From: Barthelona sp. PAP020
Lineage: Eukaryota
Assembly (NCBI GenBank): GCA_040182905.1
Contig: JARQWU010000017.1
Span: 1-64,000 of the forward strand
Reading direction: 5' to 3'
DNA: 64,000 nt
The position numbers and the translations under genes are program-made. The notes below the pieces were generated by a model, which saw nothing but the letters and a program-made list of their open reading frames with translations, was not told where the DNA came from and made no database searches. Every line of letters starts with the position of its first letter. The first letter of the stretch is position 1. Of this stretch, positions 9,530 to 20,695 are shown piece after piece.

Positions 9530-11170
9530 TCAAGGATTTCTTCGGTGTTTATCATATCTGTTATTTTCATGCTTGTGAAAATATGGTTCTCTTTTGTGAT
9601 AATTTCTTTGGTCATTAAAATGATTTCTTTTTTGATAATCTCTTGATTCGTCATAATTTTTGTAATTGCCTCTAGTTTGATTGTAACTGTCATTTGTCCT
9701 TGTTTTATTCCTTTCATACATGTCGTCATTTAATTTTTTCCAAAGTTCTATCAATTTAGTTTCAAAACTGTCATGGTCATATAATTCCTTTGCAATTCTG
9801 TTGAAATAAATGAATATATATGTGTCATGTATAGAACTGAATGGTTTTGGAAATTCGTGCTGATTGCCCACAAGATAACAATGTTTTTTAGCAGGTACTG
9901 TTATCATTCGACAAAGTTCGGGATTTTCACAATCTTTTTTCATTAACTCTAAAGGAGGACAAGGTGGAGTGTTCCAAGCAGGTACTACAACGATGAATTG
10001 CAAAGGTTTATCAATTTGATGAGACTCACTAAGCTCAAAGCATTTATGAATTTTTGAATATAATCTGTCTATCATTTCAACAGAAAATGGTGGATTTGCT
10101 TCATAACATCCAGAAATAGGGAAAAACTTGTCAAAACTTCCAACACTGCCGAAAAAACAGTCTTGTTCGAAAACACTGCAATAACGGGAGAAAGTGCTGT
10201 TCAAAGGAGAGGCAAACATTTCAAACTGACAATTTAAAGATTCTTGGAAAAATTTGAATACTTCTTTTGGAACAGCAGCATGCAGAGAGGATGATTTTGA
10301 AGGCACACCACTATCTAAAATGGCGTTATATCTCAGTAATAATTGAAAAATTTGAAAGTCATTTTTTTCAATCTGACACAACTTTTCATAGTATAATTGG
10401 TGCAAACGCACTTTATCTCTGTTAATTCTGGAAGTTTGCAATTCAACATTATCATAATTAAATTGAACATCTATTTTCATTTCATTTTCAGCAACATTGA
10501 TGTCAATAAATGCCTTCAAACTGTTTAATCCTTTAGCAAAATCGATAAATAGTGAGTAAAATACATTTTTAATAAAAGGAATTTCAAACATAAAAGGAAC
10601 AATTTGATCATGCCAAATGCTTATCTGATTGAAAAAATCATCGTTACTTTCAGCAAATCGCTTCAATTCTTGAATTTTTTCACACATTTCTTTCAAATCA
10701 AAATCAGTTTTTACTTCATATTTTGCTAACATATTGATTTTGGTCATTATGATATCAACAACAGTTTCTCTATTAACATTTCTGATAGGTAGACTATTTG
10801 GATATTTTTCTAAAAATTCAAGAAATAATTGACCAAATATATCTTTCATGTCTCCAAAAGTTATATTTTCGAGTGTCAATTTTTCATAATTTTCGATTAT
10901 TGGCCAAATAGATTTTTTTTCAGTTTTGACTTGTTTGTCAATAATGTCAAACCACCAACGATTAATGGAATCTTTGGGAATAGAATTCCAATTTAGATAC
11001 TTATAACACAAGGTATTCAAAAACTTTTTCAAAAATGATAGAGTTTCATTGAAAAAAATCGGTATTTCAATTGCTTCTCTTCGTTTTCGCATAAAATATT
11101 CTTCAACAGTTATAATTTCATCATCACAGGATGTTTCAAAACCATCAGTGTTTGATAATAAATTTGTCAT
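9530..11170 (-). CDS. PCIF1: Cap-specific adenosine N6-methyltransferase PCIF1/CAPAM-like
   Basis: LLLRY, LHAAVP, EMFASPLN, YCSVF..DCFFGSVGSF, GCYEANPPF (NPPF motif), FIVVVPAW. Confidence 0.85.
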   Translation of the reverse strand: MTNLLSNTDGFETSCDDEIITVEEYFMRKRREAIEIPIFFNETLSFLKKFLNTLCYKYLNWNSIPKDSINRWWFDIIDKQVKTEKKSIWPIIENYEKLTLENITFGDMKDIFGQLFLEFLEKYPNSLPIRNVNRETVVDIIMTKINMLAKYEVKTDFDLKEMCEKIQELKRFAESNDDFFNQISIWHDQIVPFMFEIPFIKNVFYSLFIDFAKGLNSLKAFIDINVAENEMKIDVQFNYDNVELQTSRINRDKVRLHQLYYEKLCQIEKNDFQIFQLLLRYNAILDSGVPSKSSSLHAAVPKEVFKFFQESLNCQFEMFASPLNSTFSRYCSVFEQDCFFGSVGSFDKFFPISGCYEANPPFSVEMIDRLYSKIHKCFELSESHQIDKPLQFIVVVPAWNTPPCPPLELMKKDCENPELCRMITVPAKKHCYLVGNQHEFPKPFSSIHDTYIFIYFNRIAKELYDHDSFETKLIELWKKLNDDMYERNKTRTNDSYNQTRGNYKNYDESRDYQKRNHFNDQRNYHKREPYFHKHENNRYDKHRRNP

Positions 11171-11332
11171 CAAAAAAAAAGTTTAATTTTTTTCACAAGC
11201 ATACCCTTTCATAAATACATTAAAAAGTGGTTCCTGTAGTTGTGTATCATATTTTTTTTTGGTAAAATTTAATCAGCATGAATTTTATTTCTTCAAGATA
11301 TTTTTTTACATTTATATTATTCTTTTAGACAA

Positions 11333-11650
11333 ATGGTTGTATTCCAAACGAACACAAATGATGTAATGAAATGTTTACAGCATGGTCTTATTCCTGCTTT
11401 TACTCCAAATGTGGCATTAGAGTATTTAAACGAATTGAAATCTTTTGAACAGCAAATTTTGGCATTACCAAAATTATCAAAGATAAAAGGTAATGTTAAC
11501 AAATCAAAATCCAATAAAGGTACCAAATCCCAAGGAACAGTTGAATTTAGACAACCAATTCCATCAAGCACAAGTTATGCTGGTACTACATATGAAAATA
11601 AACAAATTGTTACAGCTAGTAATTTACCTCAACCGAAATTTAAGTCTTGA
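11333..11650 (+). CDS. Hypothetical protein (105 aa)
   Basis: ATG-initiated ORF with coding-like composition filling the gap between genes; no family recognised. Confidence 0.5.
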   Translation: MVVFQTNTNDVMKCLQHGLIPAFTPNVALEYLNELKSFEQQILALPKLSKIKGNVNKSKSNKGTKSQGTVEFRQPIPSSTSYAGTTYENKQIVTASNLPQPKFKS

Positions 11651-11699
11651 TGTGAGTTTGTATCTATAAATTTTTAAATTACTTTTTTCAATTTTTATA

Positions 11700-12341
11700 A
11701 TGTCTTTCTCGGAAATATCACAAGAACTACCAAAAAGTGAACGATTATTGAAACAAAGACGGGATATTTTGGCTGAAAAAGCAAGATTACGAGCTAGTAT
11801 GAAACCTCAAACTAAAAAACCAATATATAATGAATTAGATGATTTTATAGTCTTACGCGAACGTCAACCTCATCTGGAAAGAGGACATAGACAAATTAGT
11901 TCAAACAAATACATTCCAGAAAAAGAAAGAATTGAAGAAACTTTATCTAAACAAAAATATCTTAAAAGAGGAACTTATTTGGAAAATAAAGACGATTTGG
12001 TGGCCAGAAAACGAATTATTTCGAAAGAATTGACAGGTGTGATTAATTTTAAAACTTCAACTCGTTATGAGGAAATTCAAGAAAACATTGAGAAAAACAG
12101 TATCTTTTTATCAACAACAGATAATGAATATAAACCAAGGTTATCGACTCAAAACACCCTCACCAAAGAAAATTGGATGGGGAAAAGAGACTTTGTCACA
12201 AGAGTAAAAAGTACTGAACAAAAATATATTCCCTTGAATAACCAAGAAGATTATTTTGATGATAAACACAGCCATTATCGTTTAACTCATATTGGTAGGG
12301 ATGTAATTTCGAACTCCAAAAAAAAAAAACCCCCAAAGTAA
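11700..12341 (+). CDS. Hypothetical basic protein
   Basis: 213-aa ORF; the C-terminus passes through an A12C5 homopolymer, so the exact end is uncertain. Confidence 0.6.
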   Translation: MSFSEISQELPKSERLLKQRRDILAEKARLRASMKPQTKKPIYNELDDFIVLRERQPHLERGHRQISSNKYIPEKERIEETLSKQKYLKRGTYLENKDDLVARKRIISKELTGVINFKTSTRYEEIQENIEKNSIFLSTTDNEYKPRLSTQNTLTKENWMGKRDFVTRVKSTEQKYIPLNNQEDYFDDKHSHYRLTHIGRDVISNSKKKKPPK

Positions 12342-12685
12342 AATGAAGAATTGACGTGAAGAAGGAGATGTATAAACAAAGGAACATGTAAATAACAGTA
12401 AAAGGTTTATTTTTTGTCTATTTTCTAATTTCTTTTTAATTTTGCTCTTAATTATCCAAAATAAAATAAAGAGAAAGGAATTAAACAATTGTCTCACTTT
12501 TTTCTTTTGGTATTCTTTTATTTTGAAGATGAAATTTTCTTTTGATACAATAAATTGTTTTTGGACACATAAAATACCACTATTAGACTTAGTGTTAATT
12601 TTGTTCAAATAAAACTGTTCTGCTGGCACAAATTTCAGCATACACCAAAAGAAGACTTTTTTGATAATTTTTTTTCTTTGAAAAG

Positions 12686-13543
12686 ATGGATAACATTTTG
12701 TTGCAAGCTGTTAAAGACGAAGATATTAATGCTTTAATTCCTTTTTTACAAGAGAATAACGATAATGCTAATCATGTTATATTTCAAGCTCTTGATCTTA
12801 AAAAATTTTCAATTGTCAAATTATTATTAGAGGAATATAATGTTGATTTATTGTTCGAATACACATTTGAAGGGTTTAAATATCCTTTGTATCAAATTGC
12901 CATTTCGAGCAGAAATATTGATATTGTGGAATTGGTTTATTTAAATTTAAAGGAAAAAGGAGTCGAAACAATGCTTGAAAAGAACTATTTAATTATTTTC
13001 TTCGTTCTTTTATACAAAAAAATTGAAGAACTAAAAATTGAGCTATTTGATCTTCTTGAAAAAAACAAAAGATTTTTACACGGTATTTCTGATAGATTTG
13101 GTAACACATTATTACATTTTGCTGCACGAAATAATGATGAAGAATTGGCAGAACTTCTTTTGGACAAATATAACTTTTCCGTTGATATCACTAATAATTT
13201 TGGTGTTACTCCTTTATTTGAGATTGTTTCTAATGCAAATATTGAGTTATTTGACCTTTTACTTGCTTTTGGAGCTGATATTAGACACAAAGATATAAAT
13301 GGACAAACTGTTGTAGTATATGCTAAGTATTTAGATTTAGCTCATGATTTTTATGATCGTTTAATCAGTTGTGGTGGTATTGAGGAAAATATTACTGGGT
13401 TTGACATTTTTAGTTACAGGTCGAAAAAAGTATTGGTTGAATCTGATGCTTCAGTATTTGACCGAGCTGAAAATATTGTTTATTCAACAACAAGTTATTC
13501 AACGGGTTATGACACATACGATAGCAGCGAATCTGATTATTGA
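12686..13543 (+). CDS. Ankyrin-repeat protein
   Basis: GNTLLHFAARNN, GVTPLFEIV...LLLAFGADI, GQTVV repeats. Confidence 0.85.
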   Translation: MDNILLQAVKDEDINALIPFLQENNDNANHVIFQALDLKKFSIVKLLLEEYNVDLLFEYTFEGFKYPLYQIAISSRNIDIVELVYLNLKEKGVETMLEKNYLIIFFVLLYKKIEELKIELFDLLEKNKRFLHGISDRFGNTLLHFAARNNDEELAELLLDKYNFSVDITNNFGVTPLFEIVSNANIELFDLLLAFGADIRHKDINGQTVVVYAKYLDLAHDFYDRLISCGGIEENITGFDIFSYRSKKVLVESDASVFDRAENIVYSTTSYSTGYDTYDSSESDY

Positions 13544-13926
13544 TCTTCAAGGGAATCATCCATTTGAGCCTCAGTTTTTAGGTCTTTAGGCGTGTTGTTT
13601 CACATAGGTTTTATTGATTAATGGAGGTTTTTGTATTTTTTATTTTATTTGGAAACGAGCACTGATTTTTTATATATGATTTTCGGTAAATGTACATTAT
13701 TTAATTTTTTGTTTTAAGAATGTTTTAACCATTGTAAAATTTGAAATTGGACTTAAGATTGATCAGAAAATTATCAATAAACAACATAAAACACTATTTA
13801 TTCAAACTAATTCACTTTTGTTTATCATTTTTTGTTTAAAAGATCTCCTACAGTTTACCATTTACACATATTTTCTTTCAACTTGAATGTCAAAAATTTG
13901 ATGGATTTAAGAACAAATATGAAGCA

Positions 13927-16900
13927 TTATTCACTGCTGCCGAATAAAGCGGTTGATATTTGATTGAATAATTCAACGGTCATTGAATGTTTCTTTTCAA
14001 CCATGAATTTTAAACAGAAAAAGAAATCATTTTTTTGTAAAATTTTTTGATTTTTTTCAACAAATTTTAAAACAAAAGAAATTAATTTTTGATTATCATT
14101 GATTAATGTTAATGCTTTTATTGTAATTCTGGAATTATTTAATGACAAAATAGGGATTGAAGTGAGTGCCAATAAATCAATAAATTTATAATCAAAATAT
14201 TTTGATTTTGACAAAGATAAATAAGCGTTGGATACATTTTCTTCAAGCATAACAGATGAAATTTTCTTAATTTTCTTTTTTTGAGAAATATTTTTATTTG
14301 AAGTTCTTTTGAAAATTTTTTCAATTTGTACAACATAATCTAATTGATTCTTTTGGTAGGATAATCCCAATATTAACAGATTCAAATTAAAGTATGTGTT
14401 ATCACCAATGATGTTTAAAATTTGCTCATGATAATATGATAAATTAATCTCATTAATGAATAAAAATTCCAAAAGTATAAATAATTGAAAATAATTGATC
14501 ATATCAACATTTTCTAATAAATATTTAAGTAATTTTTCCGCTGAAACAACATCTTTATGAATTTTGCAAATGAAAAATTTCAAAAAGAAAACATTTTGAA
14601 AAGTTTCCAAATCCAATTGCATTTTCTTTGAAGTTTTTAGTAAACATTTCAACAATTTTGAAATATTTAAAAGTTTATCCTTTTCCAAATTTTCATAGAA
14701 ATGTAATAATACATAAATTAAAGAAAATATTGTAATATTGATTGTATCATAAGGAAATAAATTGATTAAACAACATAATTGGTGATCAACAATATCTTGA
14801 GTTGCTAAAATGTTATTATTTGTTATCAAACATTCAGCAATTTTAAGAATTATACTGATATCAGTCATATAATCATATTCAACATTAAATTCAAAGGGAA
14901 AAATATTCAAAAGATGAAAATTCATAAATTTTTGTAATTTTTGAATTTTATTCGACAAAATATTAAATAAACAAAAATTAAAGGTTGGTGCCACACTATA
15001 ACAAAGATTTAATAAATAGATCCCTTCATCATTCTCAATAATTTGACTCTTTTCTTTCAAAAGTATTACCATAAAATTTAAGAAATATTCAACTGTTGTT
15101 TTATTGATGAATTCACTTATTTCAAACATATTGTGAATTTCATCATCTTTGTAATATTGTTTCAACCAAAGATTGTATCTTAAAAACCTTTGTTCGAAAA
15201 TATTTTGGGATATTGTTAATTTTGTCTGACTCATCATTTCATCTTTTCCATATTTTAAAAATTTCATTGCTGTTAAATCAATCAATTGATATGAAGGAAC
15301 AATGAAACGATGAAATAGAGTTTCAAGAAATTTTTGAAATGTTTTCAAATTGGTTTTATCAACTTTCATAAAATTTAGGCAAAAATCAAACATTTTCAAT
15401 AAATCCAATGTGTCAAAATCATCCAAGCAAACATTAAAAACATTGCTAAGATTTTGATTTGTCAACCAAGAATGATTTTCTTCTAATAAACAATTCTTTT
15501 GTCTATTTGGATATTTTATTGGATTAATATCACAAAATATATGTAAAAACAAACACACAAGTTTAAAATAATCAATATTATTTGAAAAATCAAAATTTTC
15601 AAAACTTTCAAAACTTTTCAAAAAATTTAAAACTTCTTTAAAAAGTATTTTTTGATTAAAATAACATTGATTATTATGATAATAACCTTGATAATCAGAT
15701 TTATGATAAATTATTGAAATAATAAAAATTTTCAAAATTTGAAAACATTTTTGAAAATATAAAGAAATTTTTTCCGATGAAATTACCATATTTTTATCAA
15801 AACAATGAAAAATATCTTGAATTAAAGTAAAAATAAAAGTGATACTATATCTTAACAATTCAAAATTTCCATAAAAATTATTTGAAAACATTAGATCAAC
15901 AAAATAATCAATCAAAGTTTCAACATGCGGAAAATTTTTTAAATCTGTTGAAAAAGTGCACATATATTTTAGATAATCAATCAATTTTTGATTTTTCAAT
16001 TTTTTTTCTATTGTTTCAGTTTTTTTCAATCCCAACCATTTTATAAAACTTATGGAATAAATAAGCTTTGCGTGCTTAGAATTTGAACGAAAAAATAAGA
16101 ATTGAAACATATTGAATCCATCGATTAGAGGATGATTGAAGAAATCGATAATATTTTGTGTACAATCAACAAAATCAATAGAATCAACATCTAATTGTTT
16201 GAAAAAGAAATTCCAAGAAACAACGTTTGTAAATAATAGATATTTGCTAGGATCAAGAAAATCTAGATCAAAAATTTGCGTCTTCAAGGTTTCAATCTGT
16301 TTATAATGAACGTTTAACATTAGAATTACAAATTTTTTCAACCAAACATTTGAAATATTCAAAGTTTCAAATTTTATGAAAGTTTTTAAAAAGTTTTTTG
16401 TCTTTGGATTATTGTTTTCAAAAATTAAACCCCATTCTTTCAAATATAATTCACCAAAATACCAAAAAATAGATCTTTCTTCTTCTTGAGCACAACAATA
16501 AAAAGAATATTTTAAAAGAATCAAACAATATGCCAAAACATATATTTCCATCATTATTGACATTTTGTCTTCTTCAAAAATATCAAACTTTTTGATTTTT
16601 TCAAACTTTTGAATGAAGAATAATAAAAATGGAAAGAATTCATCAGATAAATGAAATAAATGTAAAGAATTTGTTAAAATTAAAGAATTTAATAGTTTTT
16701 CAATCAAATTGAAAACATCATTTGTTTCATCGATTTTACAATAATCCAAAGTTTTCAAATTTTTCAAATTTTTATGATATTGATGATTTTTGATAATATA
16801 TTGATGTGATTCAGGAAATTGTTTTGGTCTTGATAATGTAATTTCAGGAATAAATCTTTTTTCAACAACTATTGTTTTATTACTGAATTTCATTTTTAAT

Positions 16901-17784
16901 TGATGATTCAATGAAATATCCATATTGTAAGCGTTTTTCTTGATTTCTTCATTCAATATTCGAAACATTTGAGATAAATCATTGTCAAAAATTGTAATAG
17001 ATAAAATTGAATCACATTTTTGGTTATTTTCCTTGGAAATAGCAATATCTGACGAATTAAAATCAAAATAGTTTTCACCTGCAAAAACATGTATTCTTTC
17101 TGTCAAAACTTTAATTCCAGATTCTTTTGCAACTTCATAATAATCTACATCAACAATTGATTCATTAAAAAAAAAAACTTTTTCAACAATATCGTAAAAT
17201 AACAGAATTGGTTTTTGAATTTCAATATATTCTTTTTGATTTATGTTGTTTAAAATCCTAAACCAAAACAATAAATAATGTGAAGTAAGATATCTTACAT
17301 CAAAATCAAAGGAACATACAATTCTTAAATAATTAATCAAAAATTCATTTCGGTAATTTAAAAACACATCATATTCATTATCAAATTTGTTCAATAACTC
17401 CTTTAAAATATCAGAATATATTTTATCAATATTTGAAGAAAGTAATGAATCAAAAAATATATTCATGATCTTTATATCAAAATTATTGTCATTTCGTTTA
17501 TTATTTATTAATATATTGTTAGTTAATAAAATATTAAACATTTCAATAAACATCTTAGAATCATCTTTATATTTTTTGTGATTAAAAATCATTTCAAAAC
17601 TGTTATACATATCATTATAAAACTCTTTTGTTATATTTTCTGTTTCGTTTAATATTTCTTTCAAAAAACTTAAACATTTATTTTGATCTTCGATATTTTT
17701 CTGAAAATATTCAACGACAGATATATTATTAATAATTAACTCATTTTCATTCTCATCTTCCAATTCATATATTAAAAGAGTCAT
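13927..17784 (-). CDS. Large hypothetical protein (1285 aa, F/I/N/K/L-rich)
   Basis: Uninterrupted 3.86-kb ORF in extremely AT-rich DNA; no recognisable motif. Confidence 0.7.
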   Translation of the reverse strand: MTLLIYELEDENENELIINNISVVEYFQKNIEDQNKCLSFLKEILNETENITKEFYNDMYNSFEMIFNHKKYKDDSKMFIEMFNILLTNNILINNKRNDNNFDIKIMNIFFDSLLSSNIDKIYSDILKELLNKFDNEYDVFLNYRNEFLINYLRIVCSFDFDVRYLTSHYLLFWFRILNNINQKEYIEIQKPILLFYDIVEKVFFFNESIVDVDYYEVAKESGIKVLTERIHVFAGENYFDFNSSDIAISKENNQKCDSILSITIFDNDLSQMFRILNEEIKKNAYNMDISLNHQLKMKFSNKTIVVEKRFIPEITLSRPKQFPESHQYIIKNHQYHKNLKNLKTLDYCKIDETNDVFNLIEKLLNSLILTNSLHLFHLSDEFFPFLLFFIQKFEKIKKFDIFEEDKMSIMMEIYVLAYCLILLKYSFYCCAQEEERSIFWYFGELYLKEWGLIFENNNPKTKNFLKTFIKFETLNISNVWLKKFVILMLNVHYKQIETLKTQIFDLDFLDPSKYLLFTNVVSWNFFFKQLDVDSIDFVDCTQNIIDFFNHPLIDGFNMFQFLFFRSNSKHAKLIYSISFIKWLGLKKTETIEKKLKNQKLIDYLKYMCTFSTDLKNFPHVETLIDYFVDLMFSNNFYGNFELLRYSITFIFTLIQDIFHCFDKNMVISSEKISLYFQKCFQILKIFIISIIYHKSDYQGYYHNNQCYFNQKILFKEVLNFLKSFESFENFDFSNNIDYFKLVCLFLHIFCDINPIKYPNRQKNCLLEENHSWLTNQNLSNVFNVCLDDFDTLDLLKMFDFCLNFMKVDKTNLKTFQKFLETLFHRFIVPSYQLIDLTAMKFLKYGKDEMMSQTKLTISQNIFEQRFLRYNLWLKQYYKDDEIHNMFEISEFINKTTVEYFLNFMVILLKEKSQIIENDEGIYLLNLCYSVAPTFNFCLFNILSNKIQKLQKFMNFHLLNIFPFEFNVEYDYMTDISIILKIAECLITNNNILATQDIVDHQLCCLINLFPYDTINITIFSLIYVLLHFYENLEKDKLLNISKLLKCLLKTSKKMQLDLETFQNVFFLKFFICKIHKDVVSAEKLLKYLLENVDMINYFQLFILLEFLFINEINLSYYHEQILNIIGDNTYFNLNLLILGLSYQKNQLDYVVQIEKIFKRTSNKNISQKKKIKKISSVMLEENVSNAYLSLSKSKYFDYKFIDLLALTSIPILSLNNSRITIKALTLINDNQKLISFVLKFVEKNQKILQKNDFFFCLKFMVEKKHSMTVELFNQISTALFGSSE

Positions 17785-17894
17785 TAATCACATAAAGAAC
17801 CATAAAAAAAAAAAAACCAAAGCAAATAATTCTTTATTCAACAATAAATACTTACACATAATACAGATTTAAAAAAATCTCTTTGGCAATAAAA

Positions 17895-18887
17895 TTACCA
17901 AGGATTTTGCCATTGGTTCCAAGATTGGGGTTGAGGAAGATAAATATAAGTAGGTAATGAAATAACAACATCAGGGCACCAAGGAATATCTAAATGAATG
18001 GCACAATTGTATTTGCAAGAAATTAAAGAACCAATAGCACCTTGAGAATCAATAGATTGAGGAATGGCGGGAGGAATAGGTAAATCAACACGCATTTGAT
18101 CTTGATATCCAGCAGGAATACCACGGTAGGTTTGACGAGCAACAGTATCATGAACATTGTGTTGTTTTCCATCAGAAGCCTTCAAAGTGATAGTGCGATG
18201 CAATTCAGAATTGAAACTGTCAATATCAACAGATGAATTGTTAAATGCTCTAACTTCAATTTGGGCGGTTTCACCAGGAGTGAATTTATCCTTGCCATAG
18301 AAACATTCCAAATCAACACTACCCTTGTTAACACAACAACAGAAAGTAATATCTTCATGAATTTGTTGATGTTTAGAAGTAATTTGTTGTAACATACGGG
18401 GATAAATAGTTAATTCTTGCTCCAAAATGACATCAAAGAGAGATTCACCAATGGCCATATCAGTATCAAAAACAACCTTAAGAATATAACGAATTTCAGC
18501 ACGATAAGGACTGTTAGCTCTTGTCATATCTTCAACCTTGAAAGAACCAGGCATATGAGCAGGGAGGGTATATTGGATGGGGAAATTATATTGACCAGGA
18601 TTTAAAGCACCAGAGAAAGTGGTAACAGGAATTTGTTGATTGACAATTTCACGTTTTCCTTCATGAGTTTCTTCAATAGTTCTGTATTGAGGAGGAGCAT
18701 TAGGATCAGGATTGTGAATACGTTCACGACGGGTAGTCTTAAACCAAGTTTCTTCAGTACCAATGATTTCAACGGTGATACCACGACAAGGAATAGGAAT
18801 AGCAGTAGAAAGCCAAACTTGACCAGAAATGGTTTCACCACCATAATAAGCGAATTTTTCAGTTCTTAAAAAGACTTGAGGTTGCAT
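17895..18887 (-). CDS. Arrestin-domain protein (alpha-arrestin-like)
   Basis: YYGGETISGQV, GTEETWF, PGQYNFPIQYTLP..MPGSF, FTPGET arrestin N/C motifs; higher GC and codon use suggest high expression. Confidence 0.88.
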   Translation of the reverse strand: MQPQVFLRTEKFAYYGGETISGQVWLSTAIPIPCRGITVEIIGTEETWFKTTRRERIHNPDPNAPPQYRTIEETHEGKREIVNQQIPVTTFSGALNPGQYNFPIQYTLPAHMPGSFKVEDMTRANSPYRAEIRYILKVVFDTDMAIGESLFDVILEQELTIYPRMLQQITSKHQQIHEDITFCCCVNKGSVDLECFYGKDKFTPGETAQIEVRAFNNSSVDIDSFNSELHRTITLKASDGKQHNVHDTVARQTYRGIPAGYQDQMRVDLPIPPAIPQSIDSQGAIGSLISCKYNCAIHLDIPWCPDVVISLPTYIYLPQPQSWNQWQNPW

Positions 18888-19172
18888 TTTTCAAAAAAAA
18901 AAGAATTTAAAAGTGATTATTTTTGGAATTTTTTTTTTCTCACGTTTTTTTTTGTTAATTAAATTATATTTTTTTTTATCAAGAAAGAAAACAAATTTGT
19001 CTTTACAATTATTTTTTGAAGAATTTTTAAAAACTTAAAAAGATTTTTTGGAAATGAATGAGAGATTTCTTTTTGGAAACAAATTTTAAGTATAAATTTC
19101 TTCACGTTTGTAAAAGGATTGAAAAGAAAAAATTGAAAGAAACCATCATTTATTGAATTGTTTTTTGTGTTT

Positions 19173-19724
19173 ATGAGTTCTTTTCAAAAACCACCTCCTT
19201 ATTATCAATTATACGAAAACTATAATTGTGATGATGAATATAATGTAGAAGAAGAAGAATTTACAGAATTGAACATGATTCGACCACTTGGTCCTCCAAA
19301 GATACTGAAATCCTTTGAGAACAGTGGATCATTTCAAAAAACAAATGAACGAACTTTACCTCCTGTAACATCAATATTGGTAAAAGAAGAACTATTGAGT
19401 GAAAATGGAAATCCAATTGAACAATGTGAAGCATTAATTGCACTGCACAAATTGTTAGTTAAGAAGTTTGCATTATCCAGTTTAATGTTTTGCAATGGAG
19501 TTGATAAAAATCAAGTTGGATATATTTTGGAATCTAATAAAGATTCGGTTCATAACATCATAATTAATATACAATGTTTAATTGAATATTTACGTGACAA
19601 TGAGCTTAAATTGAATATTTTGAAGAATTCCAAAGAACAAGTTGAAATGTTAGAAAATTTATGTGAAAAGCTAGAAGAAAATATTGTTTCTTCTAAAAAA
19701 TTATTTGATTATGAAATTTCATAG
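19173..19724 (+). CDS. MED7: Mediator subunit 7
   Basis: N-terminal SSFQKPPPYYQLY, LGPPK, NIIINIQCLIEYLR and a C-terminal coiled coil. Confidence 0.7.
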   Translation: MSSFQKPPPYYQLYENYNCDDEYNVEEEEFTELNMIRPLGPPKILKSFENSGSFQKTNERTLPPVTSILVKEELLSENGNPIEQCEALIALHKLLVKKFALSSLMFCNGVDKNQVGYILESNKDSVHNIIINIQCLIEYLRDNELKLNILKNSKEQVEMLENLCEKLEENIVSSKKLFDYEIS

Positions 19725-20695
19725 ATTAGCATGTAGGCACAACATGTTGTTGTCACATTATCTTTTGACCCAAAAAAATTTCTTATACTCTGGTGATTTA
19801 GTGTTCTAACAATATGATCATCACATATACACCATTTTCTATTGGTGTTTGTTCCAATTTTTATCAAAGTAAAATAGTGTCCTTTTTTTTTACCTTCCCC
19901 AGAATGAATGATTATGGACCTCAATGAATATTCTTTATTTTCAACGTTTTTCGTATTTATGATGGTTAATCTTTCAGAAAAAGGAACAAAATTGGATTTT
20001 TTTTTAATATTGTGTCCTTCGTATTTAAATCTTTTCAATTGAATTATCAAATAATTCGGTAATTTAGAAAATAAAGAATATCGTTCAAAACTGCTCTTTT
20101 CTTTACATTTTTCACAGGTCATTTCAAATTCAAGGATTTCAACATCTGATAATGAGACAATCATCTCATCTACACATTGATTTTTTTCAATATTCAAACT
20201 TAAATGATTAAATGGTTCTGAGTTTTTGCTGGTGTAATCACAGTTTAGACACTTTGTATAATGAAGAATTTCACCAATCATATGATCATAACATATAGGT
20301 GATGCTTCACTGATAGATTCCAAAAGATATAATAATATTTCATGTGCGTCTTCTTGAGAATTTGTTGATATTGAACTGTTTAGTTTGGCCAAATTTGCTA
20401 TCAGTGCTATTGGCTTAAGAACTTTTGGTTTTTTTGGAAATAACTTTGCTGCATAAAATATTTGACCCAAGTTCAATACAATCAATTTGTTAATGTCATT
20501 TTTTGAAATTGGGTCTTCTTTGTAGATATTTTCTTTAAAACTTATTATTGATTCACGGAATGTTTGACAGTGAAAGAGGCTTTGCAAAATTGAGTTCAGA
20601 TAACAAGTGCTCCCAAAATTATGCAATCCAAACAGAAAATATTCATTGTCAAATTCATCTAAAGCATCAACAAAAACTGATGCTGTTCCTCCCAT
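19709..20695 (-). CDS. Ubiquitin-specific protease, USP12/46-like
   Basis: Cys box GLHNFGSTCYLNS, QEDAHE, QLKRF, His box HSG...GHY; MG N-terminus. Confidence 0.88.
   Translation of the reverse strand: MGGTASVFVDALDEFDNEYFLFGLHNFGSTCYLNSILQSLFHCQTFRESIISFKENIYKEDPISKNDINKLIVLNLGQIFYAAKLFPKKPKVLKPIALIANLAKLNSSISTNSQEDAHEILLYLLESISEASPICYDHMIGEILHYTKCLNCDYTSKNSEPFNHLSLNIEKNQCVDEMIVSLSDVEILEFEMTCEKCKEKSSFERYSLFSKLPNYLIIQLKRFKYEGHNIKKKSNFVPFSERLTIINTKNVENKEYSLRSIIIHSGEGKKKGHYFTLIKIGTNTNRKWCICDDHIVRTLNHQSIRNFFGSKDNVTTTCCAYMLIYEIS

Noticed and set aside
12318..12341. Programmed frameshift at the A12C5 run
   Set aside because: All frames stop within a few codons; at most a homopolymer length uncertainty.
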